A stretch of DNA of 64,000 nt, from contig CAWAEF010000031.1 of assembly GCA_963780985.1 (NCBI GenBank), positions 17,286 through 81,285 of the forward strand, given 5' to 3'. Below the pieces are notes generated by a model. The model saw only the letters and a list, made by a program, of their open reading frames with translations, did no database searches and was not told the origin of the DNA. This document shows positions 9,155 through 19,061 of this stretch, piece by piece. The position numbers were made by a program, and so were the translations under genes. Numbering within the stretch: position 1 is the stretch's first letter; each line of letters starts with the position of its first letter. This DNA comes from an uncultured Alphaproteobacteria bacterium (GTDB lineage: Bacteria; Pseudomonadota; Alphaproteobacteria; JAGOMX01).

Positions 9155-10956
9155 CAGGCTGACAGTGATTCGTTTTCAATCAGGTTTTGTCCCCGGTAGA
9201 GCAGCGCATAGGAGGCACAGCTCTTCAGAAGGCTGCTGTGACTGCCGCAGCTGACCACCTGGCCATTGTCGATAACATAAATCTTGTCCGCATCCATAAT
9301 AGTCGAAAGCCTGTGGGCAACAATTAGGGTCGTGCGGCCATCCATCAACTTGTTAAGGGCTTGTTGGACCTGGTATTCCGATTCATTATCCAGGGCGGAC
9401 GTTGCTTCATCTAACAGCAGAACCGGTGCATTTTTCAGCATTGCACGCGCAATGGCAATGCGCTGGCGTTGTCCACCGGAAAGCTTCACGCCATTTTCAC
9501 CAACCAATGAATCATAACCATTGGGCAGATCCTTGATAAATTCATGGGCAGCAGCAGCCTCTGCCGCGGCAATCACTTCATCCTTCGCGCAATCTGGTTT
9601 GCCGTAAGCGATGTTGTTGTAAATGGTGTCATCAAATAACATGATTTCTTGACTTACCAAGGAAATAGAGTGCCGTAAGGAGTCAAGGGTGACGGACTTT
9701 ATGTCTTGATCATCAATGGTTATTGTTCCCGAGTTCACATCATAAAACCGGGGGATCAGGTTGACGATAGTTGATTTACCCGAGCCGCTCGCTCCCACCA
9801 GTGCTGTCTTCTTGCCGGCAGCTATTTCCAGATTGATACCGTTTAGGGTCGTCTTACTGGCATTGTAAGAAAAGTGCACGTCCTTAAACTGAACGTGCCC
9901 CCGAGATAGCTTGATGGGCCTAGCGTCCTTGCTATTCTCAATCTCCGGAAGCACACTCAGCACCGCAAAGACGCGGGTGGCACCGGCAAGCTTTTCTTGC
10001 AGTTCCGCATTCAGATTCGCAATGTGTTTTAAAGGTTCGTAAGCCAGGAGCAGGGCCGTAATAAATGTGAAGAAGGAGCCGGCGCTCTGCTCGCCATTAA
10101 TAACCTGCATGCCGCCATAGCTAATCACAATCACGATAGCGATGCCGCCCAAAAACTCCATAATAGGATGAACGGCTGAGCGCGTTCTGGTGGCCTTCAT
10201 GATCTTGGCAAACAGGCCATCGACCAGTCCATCAACTGTTTTACGTTCCTGCTTTTCCATACAATAAGACTTGATGAGCCGAGCGCCCTGGAATATTTGC
10301 GACAGCATAATGGTAAAGCGCGCATAATCACTCTGGATGAAACCAGACTTCTTGCGCATGCTCTTGCCAATTTTAATGATCGGATAAAACGCCAATGGAA
10401 AGGCGATAAAGGCAAAGGTCGCTAATTTCCAGTCTGTCGCAAACATTAAGACAACAAGAAATATGAGGGTTAGCCCATCCTTAACAATGCTGGTCAAGGT
10501 GCGGCTTACAACACGGTGAAGCATGTTCACATCCGTGGTAAAGCGCGAGATCAACTCGCCGCTGGGCGTGTTATGAAAGAAGCTTAGGTCCGCATTCAAA
10601 ACGTGTTTGATGAGTTGTTTGCGCATGTCAGCAACGATCTTCTCGCCCACAAAGGTCATGGTCACCGAATGCCCGTAATCGGAAATACCCTTGAAGAGAA
10701 AGATAACGAATACCTGAATCGCCACCATCATCAGCATGTCCGGGTTACGAGCAATGAAAATATCATCAATGATAGGCTGCATCTGCTTAGCAAGAAAAGC
10801 CGTACAAGCAGCCCCCAACACCATACAAGCCAAGCCAAGAACCAGGTACCTGACATAGGGGCGCAAGTAAACCCTCACGAGTCTTTTCGACAGATCCAGT
10901 GTAGAAGGATCAGACATCCATTTTAATTTAGCCGCTTGCGTCAACTGAATACTCAC
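9154..10956 (-). CDS. msbA: lipid A export ABC transporter permease/ATPase MsbA
   Basis: 600 aa with an N-terminal 6-TM domain, Walker A GASGSGKST, signature LSGGQRQRIAIARA and Walker B LLLDEATSALD. Confidence 0.9.
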   Translation of the reverse strand: MSIQLTQAAKLKWMSDPSTLDLSKRLVRVYLRPYVRYLVLGLACMVLGAACTAFLAKQMQPIIDDIFIARNPDMLMMVAIQVFVIFLFKGISDYGHSVTMTFVGEKIVADMRKQLIKHVLNADLSFFHNTPSGELISRFTTDVNMLHRVVSRTLTSIVKDGLTLIFLVVLMFATDWKLATFAFIAFPLAFYPIIKIGKSMRKKSGFIQSDYARFTIMLSQIFQGARLIKSYCMEKQERKTVDGLVDGLFAKIMKATRTRSAVHPIMEFLGGIAIVIVISYGGMQVINGEQSAGSFFTFITALLLAYEPLKHIANLNAELQEKLAGATRVFAVLSVLPEIENSKDARPIKLSRGHVQFKDVHFSYNASKTTLNGINLEIAAGKKTALVGASGSGKSTIVNLIPRFYDVNSGTITIDDQDIKSVTLDSLRHSISLVSQEIMLFDDTIYNNIAYGKPDCAKDEVIAAAEAAAAHEFIKDLPNGYDSLVGENGVKLSGGQRQRIAIARAMLKNAPVLLLDEATSALDNESEYQVQQALNKLMDGRTTLIVAHRLSTIMDADKIYVIDNGQVVSCGSHSSLLKSCASYALLYRGQNLIENESLSA

Positions 10957-11088
10957 TTATTTTTATACCAAACTTCATTTAGCATATAAACTTCAAATAA
11001 GGCAAGAAATACGAGAGGCTGTTCAGATTTTTGGGAGGGGGTCAGGTAAATTTGTAACACTGTGCGGGCGGAATTCCACCATAAAACC

Positions 11089-11117
11089 TTGACAAATCAT
11101 AGCTGAATGTGTATACT
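11089..11117 (+). promoter_or_regulatory. sigma70-like promoter of mazEF with overlapping AT-rich palindromes
   Basis: TTGACA (11089-11094), a 17-nt spacer and TATACT (11112-11117) lie 30 nt upstream of the mazE ATG. gtatac and gtatatac palindromes overlap or follow the -10. Confidence 0.5.
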
Positions 11118-11146
11118 TAGTATATACATATTGAGAGAGAGTTACC

Positions 11147-11380
11147 ATGCAAACACATATTCAAAAATGGGGAAATAGTTTAGGGGTACGTATTCCTGCC
11201 AAGTTAGCTCACCAACTTAACATGAAGGCAGGCGGCGCTGTAGACATCTCCGTTGAAGATAATCATTTAGTTGTGAATCCTCAAAGATATCAACTTGATG
11301 ATATGATAGAGAACATAACGAAATGCAACTTGCAACATAATTTGCTCGAAGGTTCTGGCGTGGGTGTTGAAGAATGGTAA
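11147..11380 (+). CDS. mazE: MazE/PemI-type antitoxin (AbrB/SpoVT fold)
   Basis: 77 aa. MQTHIQKWGNSLGVRIPAKLAHQLNMKAG is the typical swapped-hairpin N-terminus. It overlaps the toxin gene by 7 nt. Confidence 0.85.
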   Translation: MQTHIQKWGNSLGVRIPAKLAHQLNMKAGGAVDISVEDNHLVVNPQRYQLDDMIENITKCNLQHNLLEGSGVGVEEW

Positions 11381-11709
11381 AATACGTGCCTGATCGAGGC
11401 GATATCGTGTGGCTAGAATTTGATCCACAAGCTGGATGCGAAATCCAGAAAAGGCGCCCCGCTGTCGTCATCTCACCTAAAAAATACAATTCCAAAACCA
11501 GCCTGGCTGTCTTCATGCCCGTAACAAGCCAAGTCAAAGGGTATCCGTTTGAATGTACATTCAAACTAAAGGAAATACAGGGCGCCATTTTGTCTGACCA
11601 GATCCGGTCCTTAGACTGGAAAGCTAGAAGGGCTAAGTTAATCACAAAAATTCCCGGGGACGTTCTGGAGGAAGCTGTTGAGAAGTTTAGTCTTTTATTG
11701 CGTGGATAA
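11374..11709 (+). CDS. mazF: MazF/PemK-type endoribonuclease toxin
   Basis: 111 aa. VPDRGDIVWLEFDPQAGCEIQKRRPAVVISP...FMPVTSQVKGYPFE matches the PemK/MazF pattern. Confidence 0.88.
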   Translation: MVKYVPDRGDIVWLEFDPQAGCEIQKRRPAVVISPKKYNSKTSLAVFMPVTSQVKGYPFECTFKLKEIQGAILSDQIRSLDWKARRAKLITKIPGDVLEEAVEKFSLLLRG

Positions 11710-11929
11710 TCTACCCTGAGGTAATCGAATAGATGTAAGATTCTATATTGACAAATCGGTAAAAATAGTATAACCATTCCCAATGGTAAACAATGCCTTG
11801 TGCTAGCGAAGTAACGGGCACATAATCAAGACTAGAAATAGTATTAAATTAACTAATAGGAAACCATTTTCGTTTATTATGTTAATAGGTAGGACTATTT
11901 GTAATAGTAATGTAAGGAGTATTTAATAA

Positions 11930-13474
11930 ATGAGCAAAGAAACTGAAGTAATTAGCAAGCCCGTTGAGGCTCCCGAGTTCGGGAAAATCAGAGCAGCCCT
12001 CTGGCCAATTTATGGTTATGAGATGAAGAAATTCCTGCCCATGGGCCTGATGATGTTCTTCATTCTGTTTGATTACACCATTCTCCGAAGTACCAAAGAC
12101 GCGATTCTCGTCCCCGTTGCGGGATCGGCTATTATTCCTTTCCTTAAAGGACTTATCGTAATGCCGGCGGCCATTCTTTTTGTGGTTTTATACTCGAAAC
12201 TTGTAAATACGTTCAAACCGGCAACGGTCTTTTATATGATCGCGGGCTTCTTTATAAGCTTCTTTGCTTTATACGCCTTCGTTATCTTTCCTAACAACGA
12301 GTTCCTTTTGCCCGATCCTGCGTATATCAAGGCTTTGCAAGCGGAGTATCCAAGGGTTCAACATATTATCGCTATTTATGCCTACTGGACGGATTCGCTG
12401 TTTTATACCTTTGCGGAGCTGTGGGGCAGTATTATGCTTTCCCTGTTGTTCTGGCAGTTCGCCAACGAGATAACCAGAACCCGTGAAGCATCGCGCTTTT
12501 ATGCGTTGTTTGGTCTACTTGGAAACTTGGGCTTGATTCTTTCCGGTTACGTTTTGACGACTGCTTCTTCCATTCAAAAAGCATCGGGCGGCGGACCAGA
12601 GGCTTTTGCTGGCACATTACATTACACAATGGGTGCGGTTATCGTTGCAGGCTTCATTGTTGTCTTCCTGTATAACTGGATGCAGAGAAACGTTCTGACA
12701 GATCCGCTGTATTACGATGCGGCTGAGAAAAGCGGTAAGGTTAAGATTAAGAAGCCAAAGATGTCCGTGGGCGAAAGCTTTAAATACCTATTGAAGTCTA
12801 AGTACATCATGTTCATCGCATTGTTGGTTTTGGCTTACGGTATTGCCATGAACCTGATTGAGTTGAACTGGAAGGAAATTCTGAGGAAGCAATATCCAGA
12901 ACGCATTGATTATCAGCACTTCATGGGTCTGGTTCAGTACGCTATGGGTGGTACGACCATTATTGCGATCTTGTTCTTCAAGGGCGTTGTCCGCAGGTTT
13001 GGTTGGTTCACCGGTGCTATTACGACGCCTCTGATGATGTTAGTGACAGGCGCAATCTTCTTCTCGTTCGTGTTGTTTGAGGACTTCATGTCACCGATCG
13101 CGGCCATGATTGGTGTGACCAGTCTGCTGATGGCGGTAGCCGTGGGAACCATTCAGAACGTGTTGAGTAAGGGTACAAAATACTCACTGTTCGACCCAAC
13201 CAAGGAGATGTCATACATACCCCTTGACCAAGAGCTTAAAACCAAAGGCAAGGCAGCCGTTGACGTTATCGGTGGCCGCTTAGGTAAAGCTGGTGGTGGT
13301 TACATCGTGGGAGCCATGTTTGCAATCACAGGTGCGGCCGACGTGCTGTCGATTACACCGATGATGGCTGTGGCCGTTTGTATCGTCATCCTGATCTGGA
13401 TCTTTGCCGTCTATGGCCTGAATGGTATGTACCAGAAAGCTGTTGCTGAGGCTGAGAAAAAGAAGGCCGAGTAG
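11930..13474 (+). CDS. tlc: ATP/ADP translocase (nucleotide transport protein, Tlc/NTT family)
   Basis: 514 aa, 12-TM type. The N-terminus FGKIRAALWPIYGYEMKKFLPMGLMMFFILFDYTILRSTKDAILV resembles Rickettsia/Chlamydia Tlc. Confidence 0.9.
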   Translation: MSKETEVISKPVEAPEFGKIRAALWPIYGYEMKKFLPMGLMMFFILFDYTILRSTKDAILVPVAGSAIIPFLKGLIVMPAAILFVVLYSKLVNTFKPATVFYMIAGFFISFFALYAFVIFPNNEFLLPDPAYIKALQAEYPRVQHIIAIYAYWTDSLFYTFAELWGSIMLSLLFWQFANEITRTREASRFYALFGLLGNLGLILSGYVLTTASSIQKASGGGPEAFAGTLHYTMGAVIVAGFIVVFLYNWMQRNVLTDPLYYDAAEKSGKVKIKKPKMSVGESFKYLLKSKYIMFIALLVLAYGIAMNLIELNWKEILRKQYPERIDYQHFMGLVQYAMGGTTIIAILFFKGVVRRFGWFTGAITTPLMMLVTGAIFFSFVLFEDFMSPIAAMIGVTSLLMAVAVGTIQNVLSKGTKYSLFDPTKEMSYIPLDQELKTKGKAAVDVIGGRLGKAGGGYIVGAMFAITGAADVLSITPMMAVAVCIVILIWIFAVYGLNGMYQKAVAEAEKKKAE

Positions 13475-13502
13475 TTTATCTTACTGAAATTACTTATAAA
13501 CA

Positions 13503-13537
13503 AATCCCGTCTGCTTAACCGCGGGCGGGATTTTTTA
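13503..13537 (+). terminator. rho-independent terminator after tlc
   Basis: Stem atcccgtc...ggcgggat is followed by tttttt. Confidence 0.6.
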
Positions 13538-13623
13538 TTAGAATTTGACACTTAACCATCGGTGGTTGACACCACGTCTCCCTGTTATATAATCCTCACT
13601 TCGACCTCAAAAAGGAAAGTTTT

Positions 13624-14943
13624 ATGGTTACCAGCACAGTCGCTTTTTTCGATCGTATGATGCGGGAATACACGCCAGATCCGTTTTTGCTATGTCTCTT
13701 TTTGACCATACTTCTCTTCTTCATGGGTATCTTCATGACGCCGTCCACACCTAAGGAAATGGTGTTCTATTGGGGCGAAGGCTTTTGGGCGTTGATTCAA
13801 TTTACCATGCAGATGGTTATGATCCTGGTGGGTGGTTATGTCATCGCTATTGCAGAGCCTTCTCGTAAGTTTTTGGCCAGCATCGCATCCACGGTGAAAA
13901 CATCTGGGCAAGCGGTAGTGGTGATTACTTTGGTGGCGCTGACGGCTTCGTTCATCAACTGGGGATTGGGCCTTGTGGTGGGTGGAATCTTGTGCCGTGA
14001 AATATACAAGGTCCTGCCGACGGCCAACTATCGTTTGTTGGTGGCCAGTTCCTACAGTGGTTTTATCGTTTGGCATGGCGGCCTCTCGGGCTCCATCCCA
14101 CTGGTCATTGCCACCCCTGGAAACTTTACGGAACACCTGATCGGCGGCACGATCCCGATCACTGAGACGTTATTATCACCCCTGAACATCGCAGCCGTGA
14201 CCGGTATGTTTATCTTGCTGCCCTTATCCAACTGGATGTTAGGCCGTGTCTACCCCAACAGTACACCCGTCGTGCTCCAAGAAACTCCCGCGCAATCTAA
14301 GCCACTCAAGGACGTATATATGGGGCCCGCAGAACGGCTCGAGAACAGTCGTTTGTTTTCCCTGGCCATATCAGCCATGGGCTTTACCTACATAGGGATT
14401 CAGGTTGCAGAGCATAATTTCCGATTCACCCTCAACGATGTAAACTTCTCTCTCTTGTTCCTGGCAATATTCCTACATGGCACACCTCGGTCACTCATCA
14501 ACGCCATCAGTGAAGCAGCCTCAAAAGTAGGCCCCATCCTGCTGCAGTTCCCATTCTATGCAGGGATCATGGGCATGATCGAATCCTCAAAGCTAGCGGA
14601 CCTCATCTCCAATTGGTTCGTAGAAACCGCAACAGTCCATACCTTCCCATTGCTGGCGTTCTACAGCGCAGGCTTGCTAAACCTGTTCATCCCCTCGGGC
14701 GGAGGCCAGTGGGCGGTACAAGGCCCCGTGATCCTAGAGGCCGCCACCAAAATGGGCGCAAGCATCCCGTACGCAGCCATGGCAGTCGCCTGGGGAGACG
14801 CCTGGACAAACCTGCTGCAACCTTTCTGGGCACTACCCGTACTAGCCATCGCTGGTCTGCAGCTACGGGAGATCATGGGTTACTGCGTGGCATTACTATT
14901 TATAACAGGCGCTTACTTGAGTTTCGTGTTTTTGGTTTTTTAA
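13624..14943 (+). CDS. short-chain fatty acid transporter (AtoE/TIGR00366 family)
   Basis: 439-aa polytopic membrane protein. The family assignment rests on my recognition of overall sequence character, not on a computed match. Confidence 0.75.
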   Translation: MVTSTVAFFDRMMREYTPDPFLLCLFLTILLFFMGIFMTPSTPKEMVFYWGEGFWALIQFTMQMVMILVGGYVIAIAEPSRKFLASIASTVKTSGQAVVVITLVALTASFINWGLGLVVGGILCREIYKVLPTANYRLLVASSYSGFIVWHGGLSGSIPLVIATPGNFTEHLIGGTIPITETLLSPLNIAAVTGMFILLPLSNWMLGRVYPNSTPVVLQETPAQSKPLKDVYMGPAERLENSRLFSLAISAMGFTYIGIQVAEHNFRFTLNDVNFSLLFLAIFLHGTPRSLINAISEAASKVGPILLQFPFYAGIMGMIESSKLADLISNWFVETATVHTFPLLAFYSAGLLNLFIPSGGGQWAVQGPVILEAATKMGASIPYAAMAVAWGDAWTNLLQPFWALPVLAIAGLQLREIMGYCVALLFITGAYLSFVFLVF

Positions 14944-15050
14944 GTCTTACGGCTTGTTTATCTCACATGATGGGCAGAGAACTTTTCTTGATGACAAGAG
15001 GGGCTTGGGTTGGATACAATTCCCTAAATGATTAAAAAAAGGGGAATCTT

Positions 15051-15710
15051 ATGATCAAGAAAACGTGTCTGTACTGCAGCATCCTAATGACCATGTTCAT
15101 TGTTCAGGAAGCGCATTCGTCAAAGTTATTGCCTGAAATGGAAGTAGTTCTGAGTAGACATATGCCTAATGGGATACAGACGCGTCCTGCTGAAAATCTC
15201 CGCCACACATTCGCCCTTACGCCTCGTTTAGTGGTTGTGTATGTAAATAATGCTCATCGTTGGAGGTCGAGGATTTACGCAGAGTTGAATTCCTATATCG
15301 CCTTTAAGGAACGTCAAGCTGATTTTATGTCGCAAATGAGCCAGGCGAATCCGCTGATCTCGCTTGATAAGGTAGTGTCCATCTATGCTTCCCCCAGGGA
15401 ACCGGGCGGCAGCGGATCACTTACCAAAAAGCAACCTCTTGAGGCGGACATATCTGAGTTTGTAATTTTGTCGGACTTGGATTTCACAGCGACAGAGCTA
15501 TTAAATGAGACTCCTTACTACTCGAGCTTGTTGGTAGCAGGAGGCGACTCTCTAGCTGAAATTCTGAAGTCTCTTAATATCGGCCAAGCTGACGTTGCCA
15601 TGCTTCTGTTTAATAAGGGTGTTTGTGAGAAGGAAGTAAGGATCCCAGAAGAGGTACTGAGATATAGATACGGAAAGATGGCTTTGTTGGATTTAGAGCA
15701 TTTTAAGTGA
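15051..15710 (+). CDS. hypothetical secreted protein
   Basis: 219 aa with signal-like MIKKTCLYCSILMTMFIVQEAHS. I recognise no family. Confidence 0.6.
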   Translation: MIKKTCLYCSILMTMFIVQEAHSSKLLPEMEVVLSRHMPNGIQTRPAENLRHTFALTPRLVVVYVNNAHRWRSRIYAELNSYIAFKERQADFMSQMSQANPLISLDKVVSIYASPREPGGSGSLTKKQPLEADISEFVILSDLDFTATELLNETPYYSSLLVAGGDSLAEILKSLNIGQADVAMLLFNKGVCEKEVRIPEEVLRYRYGKMALLDLEHFK

Positions 15711-15750
15711 TTGTTATTGCGCCGAGTCAGTTATTCTTCTCCATTCGGCC

Positions 15751-15980
15751 GTCATCCTGAACGGACGACTGCGAAGCGGGCGGTAGTGAAGGATCCAGTC
15801 AAACATGTGTCGCGTAGCGACTCTGCTTATAAATATATCAAACAAATAAATGATACAAGCAGCTGTCTATATGATGTCATACAATATGATTGGGACCATC
15901 TGCAGCAGAGTCGCTTCGCGACACATGTTTGACTGGATCCTTCACTACCGCCCGCTGCGCGGTCGTCCGTTCAGGATGAC
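15751..15980. repeat. 230-bp long-stem palindromic module (family B), stand-alone copy
   Basis: gtcatcctgaacggacgactgcgaagcgggcggtagtgaaggatccagt ... actggatccttcactaccgcccgctgcgcggtcgtccgttcaggatgac. Confidence 0.9.
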
Positions 15981-16046
15981 GGTCGGGTGTGGCTGACGCG
16001 GTCGTCCTTTAATGGGGCGGCGGCCTGCGTTTTAGGAGCAAGAGCA

Positions 16047-16769
16047 CTAGCTATAAAAACTTGATATCCACATCAGAACCGCAACCAGATAACTCACCGC
16101 AATTACGCTGTCCACTCGATCCAGGATACCGCCGTGGCCGGGGATGAGGTGGCTGCTGTCTTTCACATTGAGCTGTCGCTTGCTCCAGGATTCCAGCAGA
16201 TCGCCCAGTTGGGCCACGATGGATGTCATCACAAAGAATAAAGGCGCCGGCAACCAGGCCAGAAACGAGTTATCATAATAGGGCGTCATGGTCAGCAGAT
16301 ACCCGCCCGCAACGGTCGTGCAGATCGCCCCAAGGGCCCCTGACCAGGTTTTGTTAGGGCTGATACTCGGCACCAGCTTAGGACCCCTCAGGATGTTTCC
16401 AAACACGTAACCACCCACATCGGATAGGAACGTCAGGGTGAGAATAATGGTCAGCATCATCCAGTTCAGCTTGGTCGAAATCACCCAAAGCAAAAAATAC
16501 CCGATGAAGATATAGGCATTGCCCACGAGCAAAAACGAGACAGATCGAGGCAGGGAATCGGTTTTGATGGACATGCGAAACCATTCCACCAGGGAAAGGG
16601 CGCCTGCTATCAATATAAGAGCAAGGGTGGTCCATTGACCCAAGACCAGGCTCCAGACGACGATCGGGTAAAGGATGATGATAGAAAATATGCGCAACAG
16701 GAGGTTTTGTGTTTTGGTCAAGTTAATGTCCATACCTGCGCTGGCGGGTCTGGAATTCTCTGAGAACAT
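16047..16769 (-). CDS. cdsA: phosphatidate cytidylyltransferase
   Basis: Membrane protein with the C-terminal CdsA signature SxxKRxxxxKDxxxxIPGHGGxxDRxD (SWSKRQLNVKDSSHLIPGHGGILDRVD). The start is uncertain (TTG 16775, ATG 16769 with an AAGGA upstream, or ATG 16733). Confidence 0.88.
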   Translation of the reverse strand: MFSENSRPASAGMDINLTKTQNLLLRIFSIIILYPIVVWSLVLGQWTTLALILIAGALSLVEWFRMSIKTDSLPRSVSFLLVGNAYIFIGYFLLWVISTKLNWMMLTIILTLTFLSDVGGYVFGNILRGPKLVPSISPNKTWSGALGAICTTVAGGYLLTMTPYYDNSFLAWLPAPLFFVMTSIVAQLGDLLESWSKRQLNVKDSSHLIPGHGGILDRVDSVIAVSYLVAVLMWISSFYS

Positions 16770-17469
16770 GTTCAAGGTCCTTTTTATTGAAATCTGGCCA
16801 GTAGGTGTCCACGAACACTAGCTCTGAGTAGGATATTTCCCACAAGAGAAAGTTGCTCACCCGGTGTTCACCGCTGGTACGGATCAAGATATCAGGCGCG
16901 GGAAGGTTTGCGGTCGAAAGGTTTTCTCCCATCAGGGCCGGAGTAATATCCGCAACCACAAGCTCCCCTTGCTGGACCTTTATGGCCAATTTCTGAGCAG
17001 CGCGTGCAATATCGTAATGGCTTCCGTAATTCAAGCACACGGTCATAAAAAAGCGCGAGTTGTTGGAGGTTAAACTCTCCGCGTAATCGATCATCTCGCG
17101 CACATCTTTATTGAGCGTTTCTCTCTCGCCGATGAAGCGCAGGCATATACCATTTTCATGGATCTCCGCAAGCTCGCGCTTCAAGGACATGCAAATAAGC
17201 TTCATCAAGCCATTGACTTCCTCGAGGGGGCGGTTCTTATTCTCCGTGGAGAAGGCAAATACCGTCAAATACTTAATGCCATAATCGCGCATGGCTTCTG
17301 AGGTGCGCCGCAGAGCTTTAACGCCCTGACGATGACCTTCTAAAACGGGCAGACTGCGCGCCGATGCCCAACGACGATTTCCGTCCATAATAATAGCAAT
17401 ATGCTCAGGCATTTGGCCTGAGCTATTGAATTCCGGAATTGAGGGTTGAGCAAGATTGGCGCTATTCAC
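16723..17469 (-). CDS. uppS: undecaprenyl-diphosphate synthase (isoprenyl transferase)
   Basis: 248 aa with IIMDGNRRWA and the C-terminal RTSGEHRVSNFLLWE motifs. Confidence 0.93.
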   Translation of the reverse strand: MNSANLAQPSIPEFNSSGQMPEHIAIIMDGNRRWASARSLPVLEGHRQGVKALRRTSEAMRDYGIKYLTVFAFSTENKNRPLEEVNGLMKLICMSLKRELAEIHENGICLRFIGERETLNKDVREMIDYAESLTSNNSRFFMTVCLNYGSHYDIARAAQKLAIKVQQGELVVADITPALMGENLSTANLPAPDILIRTSGEHRVSNFLLWEISYSELVFVDTYWPDFNKKDLEHVLREFQTRQRRYGH

Positions 17470-17472
17470 TGT

Positions 17473-18030
17473 TTAAACCTGCATAATGTCTTTTTCTTTG
17501 GATACCAGTTCGTCGTCGATCTTCTTGATGAAGTCGTCTGTCAGCTGCTGGACCTCATCCGCATAGCGGTGATGCTCGTCTTCCGGCAAGTTATCGTCTT
17601 TTTCCATCTTCTTTAAAGCTTCCATACCATCACGGCGAATGTTACGTATTGAAACCCGAGCATTTTCCGCATATTTCTTAGCGATCTTTGTCATCTCAAT
17701 GCGTCGTTCTTGGCTGAGCTCAGGCAGAGGCACACGGATTAGCTGCCCATCGGCCATGGGATTTAGGCCCAGATTGGCTTCACGAATGGATTTCTCGACG
17801 GCTGAGACCATAGATTTGTCCCATACCTGAACGGTCAAAAGCCGCGCTTCTGGAGCGCCAATGGTTCCCACTTGGGGCAAGGGCATTTGCGAGCCATAGG
17901 CCTCAACCATAATGGGCTCAAGCAGGGCAATGGAAGCTCGACCTGTGCGCAAACCTGCGAATTCACGATGAAGGGCTTCTTGCGTATTGTGCATCCGGCG
18001 TTTTAAATCGGCGATCAGTGCGTTTGGCAT
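17473..18030 (-). CDS. frr: ribosome recycling factor
   Basis: 185 aa with typical RRF sequence and position after pyrH. Confidence 0.95.
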   Translation of the reverse strand: MPNALIADLKRRMHNTQEALHREFAGLRTGRASIALLEPIMVEAYGSQMPLPQVGTIGAPEARLLTVQVWDKSMVSAVEKSIREANLGLNPMADGQLIRVPLPELSQERRIEMTKIAKKYAENARVSIRNIRRDGMEALKKMEKDDNLPEDEHHRYADEVQQLTDDFIKKIDDELVSKEKDIMQV

Positions 18031-18041
18031 GTTTTTACTCC

Positions 18042-18794
18042 TTAAAGGTTTTCTTGGTGATCAACACGAGTGAATTTTCCCTTGCCATCGAGCGTCTTCA
18101 GGATGTTTCCGGGCTCCATAATCGAAAAAACAATGATGGGAATATGATTGTCTCGCGCTAAAGCGAGAGCAGGCGCATCCATAACTTTCAGATGGTCTTG
18201 CAGGGCCTGGTTATAGCTGACGGTTTCGTAGTGCTTGGCACCCTTATCTTTAAGAGGGTCTGAAGTATAAACGCCATCGACCTTAGTGCCCTTAAGCAGC
18301 ACATCACAACCCATTTCAGACGCGCGCAGAGCCGCCGCCGTATCCGTCGTGAAGTAGGGGCTGCCGCTGCCTCCCGCAAATATCACTATCCGTCCTTTTT
18401 CCAGGTGCCGCATAGCACGCCGACGCATATAAGGTTCACAAATGGTTTGCATAGGAATCGCCGAAAGGACACGGGTGTCTACATCGATTTTTTCAAGAGA
18501 CGATTGCAAGGCAAGAGCATTAATAACGGTTGCTAACATGCCCATGTAATCAGACGTTGAGCGCTCGATACCCTCTTTTTCGCCGACGATACCCCGAAAA
18601 ATATTACCGCCGCCAATAACAACGCATACTTCATATCCCGCATCATGAACCTGCTTAATGTCTTGAGCAATGCGAGAGACCATAGCCGCCGAGAGACCAT
18701 ATTCATGATCACCCATCAACACCTCACCTGACAGTTTGATGAGAGCACGTTTATAGACTTTGTTCACAAGAGCAGGGGCGTTCATATCAGTCAC
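18042..18794 (-). CDS. pyrH: UMP kinase
   Basis: 250 aa with [18 protein letters not shown] and the pyrH-frr synteny. Confidence 0.95.
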   Translation of the reverse strand: MTDMNAPALVNKVYKRALIKLSGEVLMGDHEYGLSAAMVSRIAQDIKQVHDAGYEVCVVIGGGNIFRGIVGEKEGIERSTSDYMGMLATVINALALQSSLEKIDVDTRVLSAIPMQTICEPYMRRRAMRHLEKGRIVIFAGGSGSPYFTTDTAAALRASEMGCDVLLKGTKVDGVYTSDPLKDKGAKHYETVSYNQALQDHLKVMDAPALALARDNHIPIIVFSIMEPGNILKTLDGKGKFTRVDHQENL

Positions 18795-18820
18795 CAGTTA
18801 TCAGTTGTTCGTCAGTAGTT

Positions 18821-18916
18821 AGAATCCAGAATCTAGAATCTAGAATCCAGAATCCAGAATCCAGAATTCGGAATCTAGAATCCAGAATTCGGAATTCAGA
18901 ATCTAGAAAATCTAGA
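18821..18916. repeat. tandem heptamer array (AGAATCY, about 13 units)
   Basis: agaatcc agaatct agaatct agaatcc agaatcc agaatcc agaattc ggaatct agaatcc agaattc ggaattc agaatct ... read directly. Confidence 0.9.
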
Positions 18917-19061
18917 TTACGTAATTCAAAATCGTAAAACGTCACCAAGGGTAGCAAAAACAGTATGCGCATCTCCAGCCCGTCAATGCGAGTAACCGAC
19001 AATCCCTGTAGGGGGTCGATTTTACACGATGACCGGTCGGTTGTTAGAATGGTGATGGCCG

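Noticed and set aside
11217-11783. 188-aa minus-strand ORF covering mazEF.
   Set aside because: It is antisense to two well-supported TA genes and resembles no family.
15711-15932. ORFs lying inside the palindromic elements: 15711-15932, 30292-30489, 41018-41245, 41037-41234, 42341-42538, 53617-53865, 55614-55847, 32681-32944, 18965-19258.
   Set aside because: They are translations of repeat DNA. Related peptides (..RTTAKRA..KDPV.HVSRSDSA..) appear in different frames and strands at each copy, with no start context. I treat them as spurious, apart from the separately noted 10-codon mini-ORF.
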